64,000 nucleotides of DNA from Candidatus Brocadiaceae bacterium (GTDB lineage: Bacteria > Planctomycetota > Brocadiia > SM23-32). The DNA is taken from assembly GCA_963805825.1 (NCBI GenBank), contig CAWDVO010000022.1, positions 79,641 through 143,640 on the forward strand. Reading direction: 5' to 3'. The position numbers and the translations under genes were made by a program. The notes under the pieces were generated by a model. It was not told the origin of the DNA. It did no database searches and saw only the letters and a list, made by a program, of their open reading frames with translations. Shown here piece by piece: positions 26,978 to 35,672 of this stretch; within the stretch, counting starts at the first letter, position 1, and each line of letters opens with the position of its first letter.

Positions 26978-27707
26978 GCGCCTCGCGAAGAACGCCGGAT
27001 GTGCGTCGGCTCAACACGAAAACGACGTTCAACAGAAAACCCCGTTCGATAAGGTAGTCGAGCCCTGATAGATGCTCTTCGCGCAGGATGCCACTGAGGA
27101 AGAGGCTCATGCGCACGTTCGGAACAATGAACATGCTGAGCTTCTTCACATCGGAAACCGCCACCTGCAAAGGCATGTCAAGGTAGTATGTGATTGGCCT
27201 CTGCGGCCCTCCGCCGAACGCACGACGGATGAAGGAGACCACAGGGACCAGTCTGTCATACAGCGACTTGCGGGCGTCAACACGGTTACAGATGAACTTA
27301 ACGTTGATTGGAGGCCCGCCAGGAAAGATGTCCCTGCATGCTTGCGCGCACGCCTCCAGCGAACGAAGCACCTGGCGCCGATTTGTCTGCGTGGTATCGA
27401 TGCGGATTGTCAGCGGGTCCGGACCGCGACTGTCTTGAGCGTCGCGTGTGCCGTTACAGGGAGCTGAGTCCCCGTCATGCTCAGGAACTATGATCCGATG
27501 GTCAGAGAGGAAGGAAATGAGGCCAGTCGCCAAGCTACCCAGATCACCAGCGCGTAGTGAACTCAACAGCGCTTCCGCCTCGCTGCCGCGGGCCACGGAT
27601 AGCGACAGGATGGAATTCCGACTGATTGAACAAGTAGCAAGTGCCGTCCGCGCTGTGGTAGGCCACGAGCCGGCCGGCTGTTCGGAAATGCTTCGCCGCG
27701 GACTCAC
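26844..27707 (-). CDS. hypothetical protein, first gene of the radical-SAM operon
   Basis: 287 aa, no recognised motif (one C-x3-C, CAQACRDIF). Start at 27707 lies 28 bp from the terminal IR of the IS427-like element. Confidence 0.4.
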   Translation of the reverse strand: MSPRRSISEQPAGSWPTTARTALATCSISRNSILSLSVARGSEAEALLSSLRAGDLGSLATGLISFLSDHRIIVPEHDGDSAPCNGTRDAQDSRGPDPLTIRIDTTQTNRRQVLRSLEACAQACRDIFPGGPPINVKFICNRVDARKSLYDRLVPVVSFIRRAFGGGPQRPITYYLDMPLQVAVSDVKKLSMFIVPNVRMSLFLSGILREEHLSGLDYLIERGFLLNVVFVLSRRTSGVLREALDTLWDRWGESFLYSLSIPLRTPEIPAAAYRASIARARSDPADT

Positions 27708-27735
27708 ATGGCGACGACTTGTCTTGAACTCTCAT

Positions 27736-28750
27736 AGGGCTCTGTAGAAAACCTACGGATCGGTAGTTAGAGGATCATGAGGTCGTGTGTCAGGACGCGG
27801 ACATAGCACTCGGCGTGACGCATGGCCCGCTTGCGCGCTCTGAGGCTGTCGCCCAGCCGCCGCTTGTGCTGGCTGATGGCGCTCTCGACGTGCGAGCGTT
27901 GGGCGGCCTTGCGCACCGGGAAGTGGCTCTTCATCTGACGCCTGTAAGGGCCCTTCGGCCTCACCTGCGGCCGTCCTCGGTCGTTGATGGGGATGATGGT
28001 GCAGGCGATGCCCAGCTCTTCCCTGCACAGACGGTGATGGGCCTCCGAGTCGTAGGCCGCGTCGGCGTAGAGGGTGTGGATGCGGAGCCGGCCTGCGGCC
28101 GCCCGCACCAGCGGCGGCAACAGGGGCGACTCGTTGCCCGGGCCGGCCCGCGCCAGGGCAGAGGCAAACATGTGCGTGCTGTGCTCGCAGAGCAGGGCCA
28201 GGCGCGGGAAAGGCGTGTAGCTCGAGGTGCGCCGTCCCGTGCGGCGCAGGTAGTAGGGGCTCACATGCCCGCTCTCCAGTCCCGTGGCGTCGACGGAGAC
28301 CTCGGCCTGCTGCGGTATCAGTCCGCGCTGTGCCGCGCGGGCGAGAGCAGCATCGAACAGAGGTCCCCAAAGCCCCTTTTTTCCAGGCGCTGCTGGGCCT
28401 TCTGCACGGTGGTGAGATGGGGGAGCTTCTTCAGGTGCAGGGCGTCTCTGAGCGCAGGCAGGTCGGCCAGCAGCTGCACCATGCCCCGCCAGTCGGTCTT
28501 GAAGAACTGCCGCAGCACCATGATGGCGAAGAGCTGGGAGAGCGTGAAATCGTGGCGCGAGCTGCTGCTGCCATAGCGTGGCAGGCCCTCCTCGCCGAGG
28601 GCGAGGGCCTCCTGGGCGAGGGCCAGCGGGGACTTGCTCATGCTGCGCGAACTGGGCATCGGCCGGCTCCCGTAGGGAAGTCTCTGTGGCCATAGCTGCT
28701 TTACTTGTGCCCATTCGCCGACCCCTAAGTCAAGTTTTCTACAGAGCCCT
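27736..28750 (-). mobile_element. IS5-family (IS427-group-like) insertion sequence, 1015 bp, perfect 17-bp terminal inverted repeats AGGGCTCTGTAGAAAAC, flanked by CTCAT direct repeat
   Basis: Left AGGGCTCTGTAGAAAAC at 27736-27752. Right GTTTTCTACAGAGCCCT at 28734-28750 is the exact reverse complement. CTCAT at 27731-27735 and 28751-28755. Two overlapping transposase ORFs inside. Confidence 0.75.
27767..28659 (-). CDS. IS5-family transposase, orfA and orfB joined by a putative -1 frameshift at an A6G run
   Basis: orfA (about 114 aa from ATG 28659): ...SSRHDFTLSQLFAIMVLRQFFKTDWRGMVQLLADLPALRDALHL (DUF4096/InsH N-terminal-like). orfB in the -1 frame has a DDE domain ...VSVDATGLESGHV...LYADAAYDSEAHHRLCREELGIACTIIPINDRG. 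Slippery site CTGGAAAAAAGGGG on the minus strand (A run = complement of 28377-28382). Confidence 0.7.
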
Positions 28751-29006
28751 CTCATAGGACAAACCCTTCGGGCAGAGCCACACACCTACGCAATGTCGCA
28801 GCCGTTCACGTGATCTCCGGCCTCCTGTCCGCGTGCACGTTGTCCAAGAGCAAAGGAGTACAGCCGCACGTACGCCGACTGGTGTCTAGCTCAGCGATGG
28901 ACCTATCGACACAGCCTGCGTTCGCTATGCGCCTCGGGCAGCTTCGTGCTGTCCACCTTCCCACCTGTCCTTGCCATACACTTGCACCAAGGTCGCGGCT
29001 CAGAAC

Positions 29007-29276
29007 CTAAGTGACTATAGAACCACCCGCATCACGCTCTCGCTCTGGTTTGCCCGCATTCTCATCCAACCGGACGGCGTCCATGACCTCCTTCTCGACC
29101 TGCTCCTTGAGGCCCTGCGCCTCGCCGACGCCTCTCTTGAACTCAACGACGCTGCTGCCCAGCGAGCGAGCTATCTTCGGCAACCGCGTGCCGAAGAGCA
29201 GCAAGACTATTCCTCCGATGAGGATCAGTTCCCATGTTCCAAGCGGACCAACTACGGCGATGACAAAGGACCCCAT
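29007..29276 (-). CDS. tatA: twin-arginine translocase subunit TatA/TatE
   Basis: MGSFVIAVVGPLGTWELILIGGIVLLLFGTRLPKIARSLGSSVVEFKRG matches the TatA TM helix plus amphipathic helix signature (LLLFG..KLP...LG....FK). Start may be 29294 (MKEDSGM...). Confidence 0.7.
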   Translation of the reverse strand: MGSFVIAVVGPLGTWELILIGGIVLLLFGTRLPKIARSLGSSVVEFKRGVGEAQGLKEQVEKEVMDAVRLDENAGKPERERDAGGSIVT

Positions 29277-29290
29277 GCCACTGTCCTCCT

Positions 29291-29542
29291 TCACACCTTT
29301 ATGTTGTCAACGTCGAACTGCTGGATGACCAAGGTTGCGCCCAAGTCACTGGCGACCTTCTTCATCTCGTCTTTCAGGCGGGCACACTCCGGGCATGACT
29401 CGCCCGAAAAGGCGCAGGCGTGGATGACCGGCTTGGCTAGCGGGTCGCAGCGACCGGAAGAAGACGCGCATACGACGAACAGAGCCACAGCAGCGCTCAG
29501 GGCCAGGAAGCGGGCCGCTGTTCTGTCGTGGCTTCTCCGCAT
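29291..29542 (-). CDS. small secreted thioredoxin/glutaredoxin-like protein with CPEC motif
   Basis: 83 aa. Signal-like MRRSHDRTAARFLALSAAVALFVVCASS, then CAFSGESCPECARLKDEMKK...ATLVIQQFDVDN. A C-x2-C in a thioredoxin-like context; low-confidence fold call. Confidence 0.4.
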   Translation of the reverse strand: MRRSHDRTAARFLALSAAVALFVVCASSSGRCDPLAKPVIHACAFSGESCPECARLKDEMKKVASDLGATLVIQQFDVDNIKV

Positions 29543-29556
29543 ACCTGCGTTCTCGT

Positions 29557-32052
29557 TCAGCGGTTTGGCCTGCCGTTGCCGCTTGCATTAGCTGTCAGCC
29601 GGTCAACCAGCGGGCCTGCCTTCTTAGCATATTCGGAATCGGGATAGCGACGCTGCAACTCTCTGAGTGCTGAGGCCGCCTCGTCGTAGCGTTGATGCGT
29701 CAGCAGCAGGTAGCCAAGCGTGTACTGAGCCTTGCTGGCTGCGGCCGCATCTGAGTCCCGAGCCGCCACTGCCCGTAGCACTTGGGCCGCCCGGTCCATA
29801 TCGTCCTGGTTGGCGTAGCAGAGCGCGAGCAGTATCTCTGCGTTCGCCGTGTTGACGACTGCTTTGTGCCGCTCAATGGCCCCCTGAAGCGACTTGGCCG
29901 CCTTGTCGTAAGCACCTTCGAGATAGTGGTACTGGCCCGTCAGGAAATCTGCTTCGACTGCCTCCTTCGACTCAGGAAACTCCTTGATGAGCTTCTCGCA
30001 CTCACCTACGGCTGCACCGTAGCTTTTCCACTCAGATGCTGTCAATCTCGCCACCTGCAGCTGGGCCGCAGCAGCACACGTTGCATCGGGATAGCAGTCG
30101 ACCAGCCGCCTGAACGAGTCCACCGCCTTGCCTGTCTCCGTCATCTGGGCGTATGCGTCTCCCTCTTTCTTCAAGCAGGCTGCCGCTGCTCCACTTTCGG
30201 TTGCCCTGTCAGCAGCCAGTTCGTACAAGGCTGCGGCTTCACCGAAACGCTTCACCTGAGCAGAGAAGTCGCCGAACTCCTCGATCTGTGCCGCTGTGCG
30301 GAGAGCGTCTGGAAGGCTCTCCATGCGCTGGGTGAGTTCCGTCGGATTGCGCAGCAGCAACATCTGGCCAAGCGCGAAGTCCGCCAGGGCGGTGCGGGCA
30401 GCATCGCTCTGAAGACCCTTGCCGGTCTCCTTCAGTTGAGCCAGCAGATCCTCCTCCACCGACGTGTAGACGCTCTGTTCGAGCAGCTTCAGAAAACGCC
30501 TCGTCTCTGTGTCCAGACCAGCGTGCTCCGAGAGTCCCCTCGGCAGGCTCGCCTGGGCCGCTCGGAACCAGCGTTCAGCCTGGAGGCGGACATCGGCCGG
30601 GTGCGTCTTCCCGCCTGAGGGCCCGGATGCTGCCTTCGCCATACTAGCCGCCGCTCTCTTGTCCAGAACCACCCAGTCAGCAATGAACGAGGTCCATGCC
30701 ATGTCCTTGCGCCATCGTTGCCCGACCAGCGCACGGAAACGCGGAAGCGCCGCAGCCAAGGCTTCTCTAGGCTGGCCGGCATCCAGCAGGCTTTCGACCC
30801 GCTCGATGCTCGTGTCTGCTGTGCCGTCCTCGGGAGATGTCCCCTGGTCTACGGGAGCAAGCCAGGCCGCGTATCCGTTGATGCTCTCCTCCAGCCGGGT
30901 GTAGTCGACGACTGACCTCGCGGCGTCGAGGGCCTCCTGAGGTCGAGCCACCTGCGACATGGCCGAGACTGCATAGTCTCTGGCCTGGCCGAAGTGTCCC
31001 ATCGCGCAAGCTATCTCTCCCATCAGGAGCTTGCCCTGCCAGGCTTCCCGCGGAGATTCCAGGGCAGCCTTCTCTGCCTCACCCAGAGCTTCCGCATAGT
31101 TCCGCTGCGCCAGAAGCTTCCTCACCCGCGCAAAGATATCCGATGCAACAACGACGGATGTTGTCGAGGCACTGCCGTCCTCCAGCCCACGACCTTTCAA
31201 CGACAGCGCAAACCCCTGCAACGCCCGCTCGCCGTCTGCTGCCCGGAACTTGCCTGAGGCGAGTATCTGCAGAAACTCTTTGCCCGCCTTCTCGAACTCA
31301 CCCGTCCAAAGCAGCTCATCCCCGACGCGGAACGCCGCAGTCATGTCATCAGGTGTGACGGGACGTACCCTAAGCGCTTCGGAAGGTTCATCAATGTCCA
31401 GTCCGAGGCGACGGGGAGGCGGGCCACTGGAACCGCCCAGCTCCGAGGGGCCGGAGTCCCCCATCATCTGCAGACGACCTCTGGCGTGCCTCCGGGCGAA
31501 CTCGTTCTCCGGGTAACGGGAGAGCAACCACTCGAAATGCTGCCGCGCAGCATCCCTGCGTCCGGCCCAGAGCAGGAGGTCACCCGCAGCACACTCGCTC
31601 CGCACGATTTCATCCGGACTCTGTGCCCCAGCTATGGCCATCTGCAGCTTGACCATCTGCTCGTTGAAGCGTTTCTCGGCGCTTCGGTACTGGTCAGCTG
31701 CGGCGACGGCCTGTGACAGGTAGCCGGCCTGGTTCACGTGACGCATGGCAATATCGAGCGCCCCTTGCGCATCCGCCATGGCCTCCGCGAACCGGCCTTG
31801 GAGGTGGTAGACGTCCGCCAACGCAAGCCTTGCCTCGGCCTCGGATGCGGGGAATCGCTTCAGTACCTCGCCAAGGAGTGCTTCGGCATCGTTGAAGCGC
31901 TTCTCGGCAGCGCGCGAAGCGGCCACGTCCAGAAGGGCCCTGGCCTCCTGCTCTTCGCCCCCACCTGCCCGCGCTGTCAGCGCCCCCCCGGCAACGCAAG
32001 CCAGTGCCACAGCATACTGCAGGAATCTCGTCTTGACACGCAAGTGCTTCAT
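29557..32052 (-). CDS. secreted TPR-repeat protein
   Basis: 839-aa ORF (track start 32076). Signal peptide MKHLRVKTRFLQYAVALACVAGGALTARA from ATG 32052. Many TPR-like A/L/Y-rich helical repeats. Confidence 0.65.
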   Translation of the reverse strand: MKHLRVKTRFLQYAVALACVAGGALTARAGGGEEQEARALLDVAASRAAEKRFNDAEALLGEVLKRFPASEAEARLALADVYHLQGRFAEAMADAQGALDIAMRHVNQAGYLSQAVAAADQYRSAEKRFNEQMVKLQMAIAGAQSPDEIVRSECAAGDLLLWAGRRDAARQHFEWLLSRYPENEFARRHARGRLQMMGDSGPSELGGSSGPPPRRLGLDIDEPSEALRVRPVTPDDMTAAFRVGDELLWTGEFEKAGKEFLQILASGKFRAADGERALQGFALSLKGRGLEDGSASTTSVVVASDIFARVRKLLAQRNYAEALGEAEKAALESPREAWQGKLLMGEIACAMGHFGQARDYAVSAMSQVARPQEALDAARSVVDYTRLEESINGYAAWLAPVDQGTSPEDGTADTSIERVESLLDAGQPREALAAALPRFRALVGQRWRKDMAWTSFIADWVVLDKRAAASMAKAASGPSGGKTHPADVRLQAERWFRAAQASLPRGLSEHAGLDTETRRFLKLLEQSVYTSVEEDLLAQLKETGKGLQSDAARTALADFALGQMLLLRNPTELTQRMESLPDALRTAAQIEEFGDFSAQVKRFGEAAALYELAADRATESGAAAACLKKEGDAYAQMTETGKAVDSFRRLVDCYPDATCAAAAQLQVARLTASEWKSYGAAVGECEKLIKEFPESKEAVEADFLTGQYHYLEGAYDKAAKSLQGAIERHKAVVNTANAEILLALCYANQDDMDRAAQVLRAVAARDSDAAAASKAQYTLGYLLLTHQRYDEAASALRELQRRYPDSEYAKKAGPLVDRLTANASGNGRPNR

Positions 32053-32136
32053 GGAACCGCCTTCGCACCAGAACACAGAGCACCACGGACATCACGCCAC
32101 ACCAATGCCACCTCCGTCCAGAACGCTTCGCGCGGT

Positions 32137-34188
32137 TCACTTCGAATCGACGGTCACGGAAAACCGGTAGACTCGCTCTTCGCCCTGCTGAAGCTTCACG
32201 GCCTCGCCGACCCCGAAGGCAAAGTTGCTCCCACCCCAGACCCGCTCGTCAACGACATGCGACATCGCGGGCAGCCGCATGGTGACCGCCTCTCCGGTAC
32301 GGCTCTGGAACCTGCATTCGTCCGTCCATTTCGGAGTCACCAAATGCTTCCCCGGCACGGGTTCCTGTGGCAGGACGAGATTACGTTCCCCCCTGTCATA
32401 CAACATGGTGGTGCCGGCAAAGACTTCTGCCGGGAACCGAGCGCTCATGCTGACACTGCTGACATCGACCGCCGTCAGCGCCTTCCACCGCCACTCCAGG
32501 TCCAGGCTTCTGCCGAGAGGAGTCACCCTCAAGGTATACTCGAGCGACTGTTCGCCGTCCGTTCGCTTCCCTCTGAAGACAACCGAGCCATCGTCGTTGA
32601 TGTCAAAGGCCTCGTCCTCAGCCCGAAAGTTCTGGTAACGGTCGTCCTTTATGACAAGTGACTGGATCGACGTCACGAGTTTCTCACTATCTCCCCATAC
32701 GCCCATACATTGGCCGGGCTGAACGAAGCGCGCCGCCCCCGTCTGCCAGCGGACCGCTACGCTCTCGTCTTTTGCGAATGCTCCCGATGGACCCGCCAGA
32801 GTCAAGGCGGGCTCGTCGGTCCACCTGCCCTGCCGTACTTCGTCGCTAGTCGGAACGAAGATCCGGCCGTCCAGCGCAGGCACCACGAATCTTGAGCTAA
32901 CCGCGTCGCTGCTAACATCGCGATAGCTTTTCCCCAGATCCACCCGTATGTCCCACGCCGTTGGGTTCACGATTACGATGCCTCCCTCGAATTCGCGGCG
33001 CCAAGTCCCATCAAGCTCAGGTCCGGATGGAGCGATAGGGTATCTCAATGGAACGTCGTATTCAGGGTACCACATCGCCCGACCCCGCCACCGCGAGTTG
33101 ATGTCGGCTGTTCCCAGGTCGAAGCTAAAGTATCCATCGCCCATGAGGGTCGTGGCCAACCCGAACCGCATCCGACGGAGTACGCCAGGCTCATCGCCCA
33201 TAGCGGCCAAGGTGCTTCCGCCGGCCGCCCCTACGGCAGCTGCCTTCCCTGCTTGGCCAGCAGTGGCGCCGAGGACGGTGACGCTCGGTTTGTGGGGGGT
33301 GTCCGTCCACTCCTTGTACACGCGCATGAGGTAAGCCCAGTCCCACATTCCTGCGAGGAAGGTATCAATGGCGTCATCCGCCAACACCGCCCCATTCAAC
33401 TGTTCATGGCCGAACGAGCCATTGGTTTGCGCCAGGAACAGGGTGCCATCGCCGATCGCTTCACGCAGTCTCTCGACAAGCTCCTTCTTGGCCGCGTCTC
33501 GAGGGGCTATCACGTCTGCTCTCACGTCGTCTTCGCCGTCTTGATCCGCATCGATTGTGAATGGCTGGCCCGTAGTGATTTCACAGGCCTGAAGGTCGAG
33601 ACCCGGCATCATGGAGTCAAGGAAGACTCCGTCGAGTCCCCGCTCCTTGATACCTTTGCTTGCTCTCGCCACGAGCCAGGCAATCGCCTCCGCCTTGTTC
33701 GTGTCGAGCATGTAGCGGCCAGGCCACGCCGAAATCCTCTCGCCCGTGACCTGCCGGAGCCAGACGTCGTCCGCCGGAGCGGCTGTGATGCTCGGTGCCA
33801 ACTCCGTCGGCGTGGGGTATGCATACTCACCGTTCCCCGCGCGGTCCAACACCAGGATGTGGGGGTTGAGCGCCCTCAGCTGCCCGATCCGCTCCCTCAG
33901 TGCAGGCCACGAGTTGGGGTCGCTCCAGGGGCCGTATACGCCGATCAGAACGTCGTATTTCGCCAGGTCTTTGATGGCGACCGGTTCGCCGGTGATGTAC
34001 TTACATTCCTGGCTTCCGGGGTACATCCACACGCCCTCAACGTAGGCAATCCGCGGGAAGGGAGGACCTGACCGCGAGGCATCATCGGCAAAGCAGAGCG
34101 AAAGGGGAAGAAAGAACAGCGTCATCAGCACCAAGAGACGGGAATAGACAACGGACCCAGACATCGGGCAGCTCCTTTCGGACGGCAT
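32137..34188 (-). CDS. secreted TIM-barrel glycoside-hydrolase-like protein (function tentative)
   Basis: 683 aa. Signal peptide (LVLMTLFFLPLSLCFA). Motifs LVLDRAGNGEY...GVFLDSMMPG...WDWAYLMRVYKEW resemble GHL/GH114-like polysaccharide hydrolases. Assignment from motif memory only. Confidence 0.4.
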   Translation of the reverse strand: MPSERSCPMSGSVVYSRLLVLMTLFFLPLSLCFADDASRSGPPFPRIAYVEGVWMYPGSQECKYITGEPVAIKDLAKYDVLIGVYGPWSDPNSWPALRERIGQLRALNPHILVLDRAGNGEYAYPTPTELAPSITAAPADDVWLRQVTGERISAWPGRYMLDTNKAEAIAWLVARASKGIKERGLDGVFLDSMMPGLDLQACEITTGQPFTIDADQDGEDDVRADVIAPRDAAKKELVERLREAIGDGTLFLAQTNGSFGHEQLNGAVLADDAIDTFLAGMWDWAYLMRVYKEWTDTPHKPSVTVLGATAGQAGKAAAVGAAGGSTLAAMGDEPGVLRRMRFGLATTLMGDGYFSFDLGTADINSRWRGRAMWYPEYDVPLRYPIAPSGPELDGTWRREFEGGIVIVNPTAWDIRVDLGKSYRDVSSDAVSSRFVVPALDGRIFVPTSDEVRQGRWTDEPALTLAGPSGAFAKDESVAVRWQTGAARFVQPGQCMGVWGDSEKLVTSIQSLVIKDDRYQNFRAEDEAFDINDDGSVVFRGKRTDGEQSLEYTLRVTPLGRSLDLEWRWKALTAVDVSSVSMSARFPAEVFAGTTMLYDRGERNLVLPQEPVPGKHLVTPKWTDECRFQSRTGEAVTMRLPAMSHVVDERVWGGSNFAFGVGEAVKLQQGEERVYRFSVTVDSK

Positions 34189-34356
34189 GTCAAGACACCT
34201 CCTTTAGCCGACTGAGCCCATCACGTCAACGTCTCCCTGTAGCAGACTACCCATAGCTTGGCGGCATACCTACTCTAAGTGCCAGAATTGCACCTTCCAT
34301 CACGGGGCCGCGGCCTTACGTGGCCATTTCCGCGCCCGAGCATCCCGTCCGGCTGT

Positions 34357-35631
34357 TCACCGCAACTTCTGGAGTAGTTCCGAAGCCCGCTTGGCAGCCG
34401 GGCTGTCGGGAAAACGCTGCCCGATCTGCTCAAAGAGTTCGCGGGCTCGGGCGTAGTCACCTGCGGCAAGAGCGCTGGTTCCCTGCCAGAAGAGCACCGG
34501 TGCGACGACCTCATTGTCAGGGTACTGTCTCACAAGCCGTTCAGCCACATCCTTCCCCGCCTCTGCGTCTCCGGTCTTGACCAGCGCCCACCACTTCAGG
34601 TAAAGCAGCTGCGCCTGTCTGGGTCCAGCCTTCGCATGCTGCAGAAGCGGCTCCACGCCATGGAGCACGGCCCCCGCTTGCCCCTGCTTGGACATGGCTA
34701 TGAGACGAATGTATGCAGCGTCGGAACCCGGGACTGCTCCGTTCGCATGGTCCGGCGAGTCCTGCTCGACCAGGTCGTAGTTCCCCGCCCTCAGGGCAAC
34801 CGCCATGCCCTGGAGCCGCAGTCGGTCCGCCGTCGCCTGGTCCGAGACAGCATGCGACGCTGCATATTGGAGTAGCCCATACGCTACGTCAGGTCGGAAG
34901 TGCGCCTCCATTTCTGCACTCGTGTCGGTGGAGTATCGGACGATGTCAAGGGTCTTTCCAGAGCGGCTTGCCGACCAGGATGCTATGCGGAAAGCGGGTC
35001 CAACAAGACCGAGGTCCTCCAGGCAGAACTGCGACATCGTCCGGGCCTGGTCGGCAGAGGGCCTCAGAGTGTCCATCACGCGGTTCCAGTCCACGGCTGA
35101 TGGGTCACCCAGGTAGTGCAGGATGGGCAGCACGAGCGCCCACTCAAGCGGATCCGCAGACTTGTCGGTCTGCGCGGGCACAGATCGGGTGGCGGCGAGA
35201 ACGTCATCCGCCATCGCCTGCATCTGTTTGTGGTAGTGCGGTGACAAGCGCCCTTGACTGGGCACGCCGGCAAATTCGGCGGCCCGGCTCAGAACGAGGT
35301 AGGCGGCCGACGGCGCCAGACCGGCCGACCTCCTGTGCCCGGCCTTCACGAGGCTGCTGTCAGTGAAGAGGCCGGCCTCGAGCCCGGCATCCAGGGACGA
35401 GACCGCCCTCTCATTCAGCGCAGACAGTATGCGGTCCCGGACCACGGCAGCCATCGACACCCGGCGCTCTGCTGCCGCATCTCCAGGTATCTGGATCCTC
35501 CCCCACTCCCAGCCCTGCCCCCCCCTCAGTTGCCATCCGGCCCTGCCCATCAACTCGCGTGCTGACAGGTCCGGGTCGTGTCCCACCGACGGCGCTCCCC
35601 GCCTTCCCGAAATCAACGATGAGGGCTTCAC
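34357..35631 (-). CDS. hypothetical protein with C-terminal TPR-like motif
   Basis: 424-aa ORF, C-terminal AGDYARARELFEQIGQRFPDSPAAKRASELLQKL. Start uncertain. Confidence 0.45.
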   Translation of the reverse strand: MKPSSLISGRRGAPSVGHDPDLSARELMGRAGWQLRGGQGWEWGRIQIPGDAAAERRVSMAAVVRDRILSALNERAVSSLDAGLEAGLFTDSSLVKAGHRRSAGLAPSAAYLVLSRAAEFAGVPSQGRLSPHYHKQMQAMADDVLAATRSVPAQTDKSADPLEWALVLPILHYLGDPSAVDWNRVMDTLRPSADQARTMSQFCLEDLGLVGPAFRIASWSASRSGKTLDIVRYSTDTSAEMEAHFRPDVAYGLLQYAASHAVSDQATADRLRLQGMAVALRAGNYDLVEQDSPDHANGAVPGSDAAYIRLIAMSKQGQAGAVLHGVEPLLQHAKAGPRQAQLLYLKWWALVKTGDAEAGKDVAERLVRQYPDNEVVAPVLFWQGTSALAAGDYARARELFEQIGQRFPDSPAAKRASELLQKLR

Positions 35632-35672
35632 CCGATTGGACGGCGACGGCTTCTATGCGCAGCATCCCCGCG

